Shown piece after piece: positions 18,751 to 26,794 of a stretch of 30,788 nt of DNA; the first letter of the stretch is position 1; every line of letters begins with the position of its first letter. The notes under the pieces are model-generated. The model did no database searches, was not told the origin of the DNA, and was given only the letters and a program-made list of their open reading frames with translations. Origin of the DNA: Coleofasciculus chthonoplastes F2-STO-03. Lineage in GTDB: Bacteria; Cyanobacteriota; Cyanobacteriia; Cyanobacteriales; Coleofasciculaceae. The stretch lies in assembly GCA_040222015.1 (NCBI GenBank), contig JAVJWO010000158.1, positions 1-30,788 of the forward strand, in the 5' to 3' direction. The translations under genes were made by a program, and so were the position numbers.

Positions 18751-18776
18751 AAGGGCGCACGTCGGTGCGCCCCTAC
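18751..18776 (-). repeat. GTAG-type REP-like palindrome
   Basis: GTAGGGGCGCACCGACGTGCGCCCTT on the minus strand; the intact version of the element interrupted at 15971. Confidence 0.7.
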
Positions 18777-18783
18777 ATATCGT

Positions 18784-18841
18784 GCCTGTGCGTAAGTCCT
18801 AAAATTTTCAGCCAAGGGCAAGAGGGCAAAAGAGCAAAGGG
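18784..18841 (-). repeat. Conserved 3' flank of a DGR target gene, copy 2
   Basis: CCCTTTGCTCTTTTGCCCTCTTGCCCTTGGCTGAAAATTTTAGGACTTACGCA directly after the stop. Confidence 0.7.
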
Positions 18842-21670
18842 CTACTGACGAATCCTCGGAATCTCGCACACTACCCGAAACCCGATATGGTTGTTGTCGT
18901 TGCCGGGGAAAATGAGGTGGCGAGATGCACAACGACAATTCCTTGGAACGTTGAGCCAAGAACCGCCGCGTCGCACACGCCGAACACTCTCATCATCGGT
19001 TAACCAAGCACTTCCATCATTCGGTGCGCCCTCGTAACTACCATGCCAATGATCCAAACACCATTCCCAAACGTTCCCATGCATATCGCACAAACCAAAC
19101 GCATTAGCTATGCCAAAATGGTCTACTGGTGTGGTTTCTCGGCGGTCTTCTCCTTTTACTCCATTCCCATAGATCTCAGTTGCATGATAGTTCGCCAGTT
19201 CTGTGGTAATTGTTTCCCCAAAATGAAAAGGAGTGGTTGTTCCAGCACGACAAGCATATTCCCATTCTGCTTCGGTGGGTAGGCGATAACTGCGATGAGT
19301 GTATTGAGAAAGGCGCTGACAAAACTCCACTGCATTGTACCAACTGACACGTTCTACTGGACGATTATCACCTTTGAAATGGGAGGGATTAGGATTGAGT
19401 ATGCGGTTAACTTTGGGTAAAGAAGCAACAAATCGCCATTGGGCTTGAGTAATGGGATATTTGCCCATGAAAAAACTACTGACAACGACCTCATGCTGGG
19501 GTCTTTCATTATTGGAGCTTTTTAGTTCCTGCTGAGGCGAACCCATGAGGAACGTTCCATCCGGAATCGCAACCATTTCTAAGATGAGATTCTCTCCGAG
19601 GACTTCGATGAATTGGTTGTTGCTCCCCTGCTGACGCTGGACTACCCATTGGTTCTCTTGTCGGGTAAGCGTGGCAACTGTAAATTCAAAGGGTTGTAGG
19701 TCATGTTCCCTTGTCTCAGGTTCCGACTCTAGGGTAATAGTGGCAATGCTAAACTGCTCAACCTGGAGAGGAGGAAAATACGAGTCTACATCTGAGGTTT
19801 TGACCAAACGTGCCGTCTCAAATTCCAGCGTCTTTAAGTCGGGCAAAGATGGTTCTGATACTGGCTTAATCCAATCGGTTCTCCGTTGAGCATCCTGTTC
19901 CACCAGTTCAGCCAGCGATGCAAACTCACCCCCTAAACTATGGAGGACTTGAGTCGCAATTTGAGCGAAGGGGAGAATCGCGGCTTGGGTTTCCTGACTC
20001 CAATCGGACTTGGGGGAGAGTAATGCGGTAAAGCTTTTAATCGGTGGAAGGTTAAGGCTTTTGGCAATGGCTTCGGATAGGGTGTCTAAAACGGTTGTCG
20101 TCTCATCAATCGGAGTTCTCTGAATGAGTAACTCTCGTACTCCCGGAGCAAAGTCATATTCGATAGGCTCCCTAGGCGATTTCCGGGGATTGACCTTACT
20201 GTTCACAATATCTGGAAAACCTCTCTCCAAACCTCTCTCCTGCAAGGAGAGAGGCTTTGAGTTCTCCTCCCTCGCAGGGGGGAACGAGGGGGGTTGGGGG
20301 GTTAGGTTTTTCACTGGCTCCAACAGCTTACTGTCATACACCTCAGCCAGATGGATAGGTTTGGCTTCTGGCAGTAACAGCTTCTGAATCAAATTCACCA
20401 CAGACAAGCTAACTGGTACTGCCGCCATCATGGTGGCTAATTGTTGAGCAATGGGAGATGCCGTTGCCTCAAACAATTCAATCCGGGCTTCTGGAGACTG
20501 AGGATCGACAACAAATTCAGCGCGATCGCGTTCCTCATCCTGCACCCAATTCAGGTCAAACCATCGCGCCGGGGTGCGCTGACGACCAACTGCCGCAACC
20601 ACTAAAGCCCATTGTTTCAAAGACTTAGCCGTTAAGGTCACTATCGGTACCGTTAGAGTATCAGACGATTCAAGTTCACGCCAGCCTAACCGTTGATTTA
20701 TCTTGAGTTTGTGTCCTGGCGCACCGGGAGTTAATGCACTAACTTGGACACTAACCCCAACATCCAACTCACTTTGACTCCAGAGGCGTTCCGGTAAAAG
20801 CTGCACGATTGCAGTTGCGCCGTGGGTACTCCACAGCTTCAGGAGGTTATGGATATCCCCTGATTTCCAAGCGGACGAACGACAATCACTCACCAACAAT
20901 ACCAGCCGCCGTCCGGTGGGATCGATGAGTTCTCGCGGACTGCGCGGACGCGAGGTAAACTCAGGAGGCTGGGATTTCTGAGAAACTAGGTTTAATTTGC
21001 CTTGTTCGGTGCCTTCCAACCACCAAGTCCGCACATTCCGAAATGCCCCTTGTCGCTCTAAAATCTGCCGAAATTCCATCAGCGTGGCATCCCAGATAAA
21101 GCTAAATTCAGAGGCTTCAATAACGAATTCCAAATTCAACCAGCGTTCAGAAGCACCTTTGAGGACAGGCAGCCAGATTTCCTCCTCAGCAATACGATTC
21201 ACTGTCGCCGCTTCATCTAAAACCTGCCGCGTCTGAGAGCGGACTTTTCGCTTCAGGGGACGTAGCGATCGCGCGATGGATAGTTTATCTTGTAACGCTG
21301 GGGCGGCTTGAACTTGAATCGGTAAGCCAGATTCGGGTTCCTCTTCAGTAATATCCTCTTCGGTCATATCAGCCGTCGATGGACTCGATTGAGGCAGATA
21401 GGCAGGCACAGAAGGCGGCGGCGGTAATGGCGGCAACTTTGTCTCAACGTCTTCGATTATCACCGTAGAGGTGTCCTCATCCTGTCCAGAACCATCAGAA
21501 TCATCATCGACAACCGGACTTTCATCCGTCCCCATCTGCAGTGCCAACCAAATCGCATCAGCAATGTCTTCCGCACTAAGCAGAGATTCCGCCTCGGTAA
21601 ACGACGCTAAATCCTCATCGCTTAAAATTAAGCCTGCTTGTTGCAGTTTATCGAGCAACCGAGCAATCAT
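18842..21670 (-). CDS. SAV_2336-like N-terminal / vWA-type protein fused to a C-terminal FGE/CLec domain (vWA component of a VMAP system)
   Basis: IADAIWLA, LSIARSLRPLKR...LDEAATVNRIAE, GAFRNVRTW, GRRLVLLVSDCRSSAW, VQLLPERLW, YDFAPGVRELL; C-terminal FGE motifs; ATGA overlap with the MoxR gene. Confidence 0.87.
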   Translation of the reverse strand: MIARLLDKLQQAGLILSDEDLASFTEAESLLSAEDIADAIWLALQMGTDESPVVDDDSDGSGQDEDTSTVIIEDVETKLPPLPPPPSVPAYLPQSSPSTADMTEEDITEEEPESGLPIQVQAAPALQDKLSIARSLRPLKRKVRSQTRQVLDEAATVNRIAEEEIWLPVLKGASERWLNLEFVIEASEFSFIWDATLMEFRQILERQGAFRNVRTWWLEGTEQGKLNLVSQKSQPPEFTSRPRSPRELIDPTGRRLVLLVSDCRSSAWKSGDIHNLLKLWSTHGATAIVQLLPERLWSQSELDVGVSVQVSALTPGAPGHKLKINQRLGWRELESSDTLTVPIVTLTAKSLKQWALVVAAVGRQRTPARWFDLNWVQDEERDRAEFVVDPQSPEARIELFEATASPIAQQLATMMAAVPVSLSVVNLIQKLLLPEAKPIHLAEVYDSKLLEPVKNLTPQPPSFPPAREENSKPLSLQERGLERGFPDIVNSKVNPRKSPREPIEYDFAPGVRELLIQRTPIDETTTVLDTLSEAIAKSLNLPPIKSFTALLSPKSDWSQETQAAILPFAQIATQVLHSLGGEFASLAELVEQDAQRRTDWIKPVSEPSLPDLKTLEFETARLVKTSDVDSYFPPLQVEQFSIATITLESEPETREHDLQPFEFTVATLTRQENQWVVQRQQGSNNQFIEVLGENLILEMVAIPDGTFLMGSPQQELKSSNNERPQHEVVVSSFFMGKYPITQAQWRFVASLPKVNRILNPNPSHFKGDNRPVERVSWYNAVEFCQRLSQYTHRSYRLPTEAEWEYACRAGTTTPFHFGETITTELANYHATEIYGNGVKGEDRRETTPVDHFGIANAFGLCDMHGNVWEWCLDHWHGSYEGAPNDGSAWLTDDESVRRVRRGGSWLNVPRNCRCASRHLIFPGNDNNHIGFRVVCEIPRIRQ
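18866..18970 (-). other. DGR-type variable region VR-C (105 bp)
   Basis: TGG CTC AAC GTT...CGC CAC CTC ATT TTC CCC GGC AAC GAC AAC AAC CAT ATC GGG TTT CGG; retains several unmutated AAC codons. Confidence 0.8.
20211..20310. repeat. In-frame dispersed repeat inside the vWA-FGE gene
   Basis: AAAACCTCTCTCCAAACCTCTCTCCTGCAAGGAGAGAGGC...GGGGGTTGGGGGGTTAGGTTTT, translating NLTPQPPSFPPAREENSKPLSLQERGLERGFP; internal hairpin CCTCTCTCC-TGCAA-GGAGAGAGG. Confidence 0.7.
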
Positions 21671-22713
21671 TTCTTATCCATGACAGGGCGCGAACTATCC
21701 AGTTCAGCCAACAGGTATCGAATCAACTTTTCTTGATCATCCCCCACCCATTCTCGCTCACGAGTCACCATAAAGATAGCATTCAACAGTTGATCGGTTG
21801 CTAATGCTTCTTTTCTACGTCGGTCAAGGAAGGTTTTAATTAGCGTATCAACGTCTTTTCTCGATGCTATCTCATCTCCTAAATGAGCCTTGATAATCCG
21901 TTCTAGCTCAGAGCGATTAGGTTCTCGCATAGTGAGGCGCAAACAACGCCGTAAAAATGGTGGCGGAAAGTCGCGTTCCCCATTACTCGTCAATATCACC
22001 AACGGAAATTCTTGACAAGTAATCCGCCCCCCTTGGATTTGGACTCGTTTATCAGCACAGGTTACTTCTTCATCATCGGTATAAGCCGTTCGCACTGAAA
22101 CAGTTTTCGACTCGTTCTGATTACCATCCCCTTTTTCCAGACGGGCTAATTCAGCAATCTCAAAGCGCCCTTCCTCAAAAATTGCCAGTAAATCATTGGG
22201 TAAGTCAATATCACTCTTATCAATTTCATCAATTACCAAGACACGAGGACGTTGAGACGGGAGGAAGGCAGTACCCAGTGGTCCTAAAGTAATATAATCT
22301 GCTATTTGTTGCGGCTCATCGGTTTGACCCCCACTCGATTCTGCTTGCTTGACAGCCTGTAAGCGAGCGATCGCATCATAGGTATAAAGCCCATCTTTGA
22401 GGGTTGTACGGGTGGTAATCGACCAATAGAGGACTTCACCCAGCTTCAATTCTCGCGCTACAGCATAAGCTAAAGACGATTTACCCGTACCCGGTTTGCC
22501 TGTAAGTAGTAAAGGTCTACGCAGGTACAACGCCGCATTAACCATTTTTACCTCTTCCGGACGACACTGAAAGGTTTCCCCTCGGTGTTTCCTGCGGCTC
22601 ACCCCCGGACTAATATCTTTCCCAAAAGGACGCCAATTCGGAGCATCCGGCAAGTTATCAATGCCGTCATGGGGGTTGCGGTTGTCGCCCTGAAAGATTT
22701 TCCAGTCACTCAT
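21667..22713 (-). CDS. MoxR-family AAA+ ATPase
   Basis: AALYLRRPLLLTGKPGTGKS (Walker A), VLVIDEIDKSDIDLPNDLL (Walker B), ILTSNGERDFPPPFLRRC, ATDQLLNA. Confidence 0.93.
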   Translation of the reverse strand: MSDWKIFQGDNRNPHDGIDNLPDAPNWRPFGKDISPGVSRRKHRGETFQCRPEEVKMVNAALYLRRPLLLTGKPGTGKSSLAYAVARELKLGEVLYWSITTRTTLKDGLYTYDAIARLQAVKQAESSGGQTDEPQQIADYITLGPLGTAFLPSQRPRVLVIDEIDKSDIDLPNDLLAIFEEGRFEIAELARLEKGDGNQNESKTVSVRTAYTDDEEVTCADKRVQIQGGRITCQEFPLVILTSNGERDFPPPFLRRCLRLTMREPNRSELERIIKAHLGDEIASRKDVDTLIKTFLDRRRKEALATDQLLNAIFMVTREREWVGDDQEKLIRYLLAELDSSRPVMDKK

Positions 22714-22728
22714 AGCTACTTTAATAGG

Positions 22729-24123
22729 TCAGGCAGATTTCGGCGGTACTAAGTCTGGATCATCCCACAGCAGAGATAGGTGATGCCCAATATGACAATT
22801 TATAGGCTTGTCGCGAGAGTCAAGACGCTCATTTTTTACAGTTTGGGGTAATCTCTCTAGGATACAGGCATCCAAAACGCGATTTAACTCCGCTTCGTTT
22901 GTTGATACAGATAAGTTAGAGCGACCCCAAAGCGCTAAAGGCAGCCCTGCTTTTGAAATTAACTTAACGATATCAGTAAAACTATCGTGATGGGGGGCTT
23001 TAATGAGTTTTAATCCCATCACGTATTCACTTCCTTCATTACACAGCTCACAATAGAACCCATCTAAATCATCTAAATTGCAGTCATCAAAGCTTTGAAA
23101 TATATTAGCTGCATTTTCCTGAAGTAATTTGTTTACCAGATTCCATTTTCTCTTCCATTTTTTGCAGTACTGATTACTCCGGCTCAACCGCTCATACAGC
23201 CGAACAAAGACCTTATATTTATAACCGATGGGAATATCATCTTTGATTGCCTTAATCAGTTTCCAACAATCGGCATCACAATTGAGGCGTTCTTGAGGCA
23301 AGAAAACATGAACCTCTGTATCGTCTGTATCGGAGGACAGCTCATTATCAACATTCCCTTGTTCAAAATATTGCTTTAATACGTCAGGAATTGCTTCCCA
23401 GGAGTAAGTTTCATCCCCCGTTAACCCACTATTTATATCAAGACCGACTGTGCGATAGCCTTGTCGAGCTGTTTTGTATTGCTCAACGTTTTCAATCAGC
23501 CACACTTGCACCCGATAGGCTTCTCCATCTTGAGATTGCGTTGCTGCCTCATCACTATAGCTAATCAAAACAAACAAGGCTGCTTTACCATTTGTGTCTT
23601 GCTTATCTCGCTGCGTTTCTATCTGTCTTAAAAGGTTAGACCAAACTTTACAGTGTTCTTCTCCCCATTGTTGAAGTGACCTAATCAAATCATGGTTTTT
23701 TGAAATAAAAGTCAGCCAAGCGGCAAATTCTTCTAGAGCCGTGGAATTTGATTGACCTTTAGGAATTTTTAAGAGTTCAGTAATCAGCGATTCGATTGTT
23801 TCTGGAGTTGAACGTCTCTTAAATGAGCGTGCCTTTACCGTAGCTTGATACGCCTGCTGCATTTCACCCAATTGAGCATTATGGCGTGGCAAAATTTCCC
23901 TGAGTTCATCTAAAGCAGCATCTTGAAGTTCTCGCTTACGGGCTTGGATTTGGTTCTCGCACTTATCCATGTCTTGCCCAATTTGTTCAAGTTGGCGTTC
24001 CAACTTATTTTGCGTAGAACCATCTTGCTCAGTCCGAAGCTGGGACTTAACTTTCTCGTAGTCCCGCTCCAGATCGTTCAACTTATCTTCCCATAATTCG
24101 AGCGTGTAATCCTTGTTAGCCAT
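22729..24123 (-). CDS. vWA-MoxR-associated protein (VMAP): N-terminal EAD-like coiled hairpin and VMAP-C-like domain
   Basis: C-terminal VHVFLPQERLNCDADCW...W.RKW...GLPLALWGR...HLSLLWDDPDLVPP; directly upstream of MoxR; N-terminus homologous to the C-terminus of the CHAT protein. Confidence 0.8.
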   Translation of the reverse strand: MANKDYTLELWEDKLNDLERDYEKVKSQLRTEQDGSTQNKLERQLEQIGQDMDKCENQIQARKRELQDAALDELREILPRHNAQLGEMQQAYQATVKARSFKRRSTPETIESLITELLKIPKGQSNSTALEEFAAWLTFISKNHDLIRSLQQWGEEHCKVWSNLLRQIETQRDKQDTNGKAALFVLISYSDEAATQSQDGEAYRVQVWLIENVEQYKTARQGYRTVGLDINSGLTGDETYSWEAIPDVLKQYFEQGNVDNELSSDTDDTEVHVFLPQERLNCDADCWKLIKAIKDDIPIGYKYKVFVRLYERLSRSNQYCKKWKRKWNLVNKLLQENAANIFQSFDDCNLDDLDGFYCELCNEGSEYVMGLKLIKAPHHDSFTDIVKLISKAGLPLALWGRSNLSVSTNEAELNRVLDACILERLPQTVKNERLDSRDKPINCHIGHHLSLLWDDPDLVPPKSA

Positions 24124-25687
24124 TCCCTTGTTTTAACCGATCTAATTGCTGCTCACGTTGAGCCATATCCTGCCCAATTTGTTCAAGTTGACGTTCTAAC
24201 TTATTTTGTGTCGCTCCGTCTAGTTCAGTCCGAAGCTGGGATTTAACTTTGTCGTAGTCTTGTTCGAGATCATCAAGTTCGGTTGTCAAGCGTTCCAACT
24301 CTCGCTGCTGAAAGCGACTTAACGGTTGTTTTTGTGGTTGCTTATTGCTCAACTGCGTTGAGTCTTGGGATACCTTATCTGATTGAACCGGAGAAGCTGT
24401 AAATAACTGTCCTCCTTCATTATCCTGCCAACGCAAATACAGCACCGGACGATACCACTGATTACCCTCCCCACCACCCATTGCTTCCTGTGCCTGACTG
24501 ATAGCCGTCGCTAACGAGTTCTTACAACCTAAAGAGCGGTAGAATTGCTCGGCAAATTGGATGGCAGCATCAACTCTAACGCTGTACTGCATCGCTACAA
24601 CTGCGGGAATCCGGTGACTAATCAACTGCTGTGCTACGCCATTAAAAACCGATTCTCCACCGAATGCCGTGCCAGACTTGCAGGCACTTAACACTGCAAC
24701 AGCCACTCCACCCCGCCGTTGGGTTGAATCATCTCCAAAGCTGGTTTTCTGGAGCAATTCCCCTAACTCCTTGGCGCTGACATAATCTGGTTCATCCTCC
24801 TGTGTTTCAAACAGCAGATATCCTTGTGGTTCTGGTAACGCTTCCCCACAGTTCTTGCATTTTTCTGTGCTTAGATTTCCATGAATAGTTCGGCAGGAAG
24901 ATATATTACAGCGTCTGCCAAAGAAACCATGACCATCAAAGTGAAAGATATGCGGTGCTTGGTTGCCTTGGTGTTCTGTTAAATAGCTTCTTAAATGGTT
25001 CACAGAGGCTGGCTCTAGAACCTCTACATGGATATGCCCTTCCGCCTGTGCCTTCTCCAAACCCTTGAAGACCGCATTTTGCTCCTTCTTGGACAAGGGC
25101 AGTAACTTATTTTCTGCATCTGATGCCGCAGAGGAAACTAGGAGTACATTGAGTTGCTGAACGGGCGGCAAGTTAGGAATAGTTGCCACATGAGCAATAT
25201 GGCGAAAAAACCTTACCTGGTGATGGGCAAGAAACTTCTGTTTATCATGCGCTAACTCCCACGGGTAGTCGGGTAGACGGCTGCGCTTGGTAATTTCAGC
25301 ATTGAATTCCAGTTGAATGTGGAGTTGTGTGGAGTTGTCTTCAGCACGAGCGAGCGCACGTTGCAGCACATCTCGCACCCCTCCCACTGGAAAAAGCGAT
25401 TCATACATTGCCTGTCCAATCTGAGCTAGCATTGCGGGATGGAAGCTTTCCTTGTTGCTACTGAGTAGCCCTTGCTCCACCATCCATTCCTGCTCTCCCT
25501 GGCGTTGAAAGACAGAGGCACGAAATTCGCTAACTTCTAAAGCTTTAATCACAGTTGTGCGCCAGCGCTCGGCAGTCTCAAAGAAAGGTAGCCTGGAATC
25601 TGCCTCAGCTTGCCCAACCTTAGAGCGAGCAATCACCTTGAATTGAGCAGCATCAACGGCTGAAAGGTAGATTGTCAGTATTTCCAT
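24116..25687 (-). CDS. CHAT (caspase-like) protease with C-terminal EAD-like domain
   Basis: LPDYPWELAHD, catalytic His HIFHFDGHG, catalytic Cys VLSACKSG, IPAVVAMQYSV, QWYRPVLY; 8-bp overlap with VMAP. Start at ATG 25687, or alternatively at 25705. Confidence 0.9.
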   Translation of the reverse strand: MEILTIYLSAVDAAQFKVIARSKVGQAEADSRLPFFETAERWRTTVIKALEVSEFRASVFQRQGEQEWMVEQGLLSSNKESFHPAMLAQIGQAMYESLFPVGGVRDVLQRALARAEDNSTQLHIQLEFNAEITKRSRLPDYPWELAHDKQKFLAHHQVRFFRHIAHVATIPNLPPVQQLNVLLVSSAASDAENKLLPLSKKEQNAVFKGLEKAQAEGHIHVEVLEPASVNHLRSYLTEHQGNQAPHIFHFDGHGFFGRRCNISSCRTIHGNLSTEKCKNCGEALPEPQGYLLFETQEDEPDYVSAKELGELLQKTSFGDDSTQRRGGVAVAVLSACKSGTAFGGESVFNGVAQQLISHRIPAVVAMQYSVRVDAAIQFAEQFYRSLGCKNSLATAISQAQEAMGGGEGNQWYRPVLYLRWQDNEGGQLFTASPVQSDKVSQDSTQLSNKQPQKQPLSRFQQRELERLTTELDDLEQDYDKVKSQLRTELDGATQNKLERQLEQIGQDMAQREQQLDRLKQGNG

Positions 25688-25713
25688 ACACCACCTAGCG
25701 ATCACTCAGGGGA

Positions 25714-26127
25714 TTAAACAATGCCCGCATCAACATCTTCATCATCACCTTTGAAGAGTGCCTCTATACTCTTATTCAGTGTCGGTAGCACCTGTTCTGA
25801 ACGCAGGGATTTATAAGCCTCCATCAGACGCTCCTTATCGAAGAGTGGAGACAGTTTGACGTTCACTTTATGAACTTCGTTTCGCCCCAAGTCACCACCC
25901 GCTTCAGCTCCTAGCTCTCCCCCAGTACCCAAGACATTAATTTTGATACCCGCCTTTCCACTTGCTTTGGCAGTCCGCTTTACCGTAACTTGTAGCTCCA
26001 GTTCCACAGACTCAACAAACAGGAAGGGAGCATCCTTATCCTTACCAGGTGCTACAGAGAGAAGGTCTTGTTTAACCTGTTGAATAAACTCAGCCAGTCC
26101 AATCGAGCGGTTATCGTTGTCAGACAT
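25714..26127 (-). CDS. Trypco2-like (trypsin co-occurring) small protein
   Basis: IGLAEFIQQVKQDL...FLFVESVELELQVTVKR...KAGIKINVLG...VHKVNVKLSP; the ATG at 26127 (MSDNDN) is a likelier start than 26220. Confidence 0.75.
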   Translation of the reverse strand: MSDNDNRSIGLAEFIQQVKQDLLSVAPGKDKDAPFLFVESVELELQVTVKRTAKASGKAGIKINVLGTGGELGAEAGGDLGRNEVHKVNVKLSPLFDKERLMEAYKSLRSEQVLPTLNKSIEALFKGDDEDVDAGIV

Positions 26128-26234
26128 TAGTAGTATTATAGTATCCTGTATAGTCAACTTCTGATTGTACACTTGGTCTACTTCAGGAAACAGTTTGTGT
26201 TTTGCACCGTAACCCACCATTATCGTTTGTTTTC

Positions 26235-26392
26235 GTGCGTTACGCTGTCGCTAACGCACCCTACAAGAGGCGATCGCTTGGGAATTAAGCCTTTGTACTA
26301 GACTTTGGTGGATTTTCAACTCATCACCCACCTAAGGCGAATGTCACTGACTGGTATGCTGGTGGGTTGAGCGAAGTCGAAACCCACCCTAC
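26235..26392 (-). repeat. Two GTAG-type REP-like palindromes and a HIP1 site between dnaE-N and the conflict operon
   Basis: GTGCGTTACGCTGTCGCTAACGCACCCTAC (about 26235-26264) and GGTGGGTTGAGCGAAGTCGAAACCCACCCTAC (about 26361-26392). Confidence 0.6.
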
Positions 26393-26479
26393 GATAGATA
26401 AAGGGTTTTGGCGCTCCCCAAATGCTTAAGGAGCGTGCTATTCAACCTAAGGCTAGTTAATGCGGCGGCTTCCCCTCTC

Positions 26480-26794
26480 TTAAAAAACAGGTTGCAATAC
26501 CTCCACCTGCTTCAACTCCAAGCCTTGCTCAAATATCTGATCAATCGGTAACATTTGATCCTCATCTGTCATAAACTTATGGTCTTTTGTCGCCCGAATC
26601 GTAGCACCATCCTCTAACACATATTCAAACACCTCTTGTTCACCGCGATTATGCCATTGTGCAATGGGTTGGGTGTAGACATAGCCATGCTCATCCACAC
26701 TATAAACTGTACACTCAATCTGCTTTTCTACAATTTCCCCAATTGCCACAGCGCCATATTCAACCGTGAGAATCTGTGTATCATAACTCAAGCA
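26480..26794 (-). other. N-terminal half of the naturally split DnaE intein (104 aa)
   Basis: [14 protein letters not shown]...[18 protein letters not shown]...[11 protein letters not shown] followed by a stop; no C-terminal HN. Confidence 0.96.

Noticed and set aside
18657..18959. 100-aa ORF between FGE genes
   Set aside because: An alternate frame across VR-C, the repeat flank and a REP; no protein-like features.
16282..19560. FGE genes as true sulfatase-maturation enzymes
   Set aside because: No sulfatase nearby, the would-be active-site loops are the hypervariable positions, and the context is a MoxR/vWA operon.
16223..21670. Complete DGR cassette (RT, Avd, template repeat) in the window
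   Set aside because: No ORF with reverse-transcriptase motifs and no non-coding AAC-rich copy; all three repeats lie inside FGE genes.
26128..26220. N-terminal 31 codons of the 168-aa ORF
   Set aside because: Precedes the recognisable domain and looks like promoter DNA; MSDNDN at 26127 fits better.
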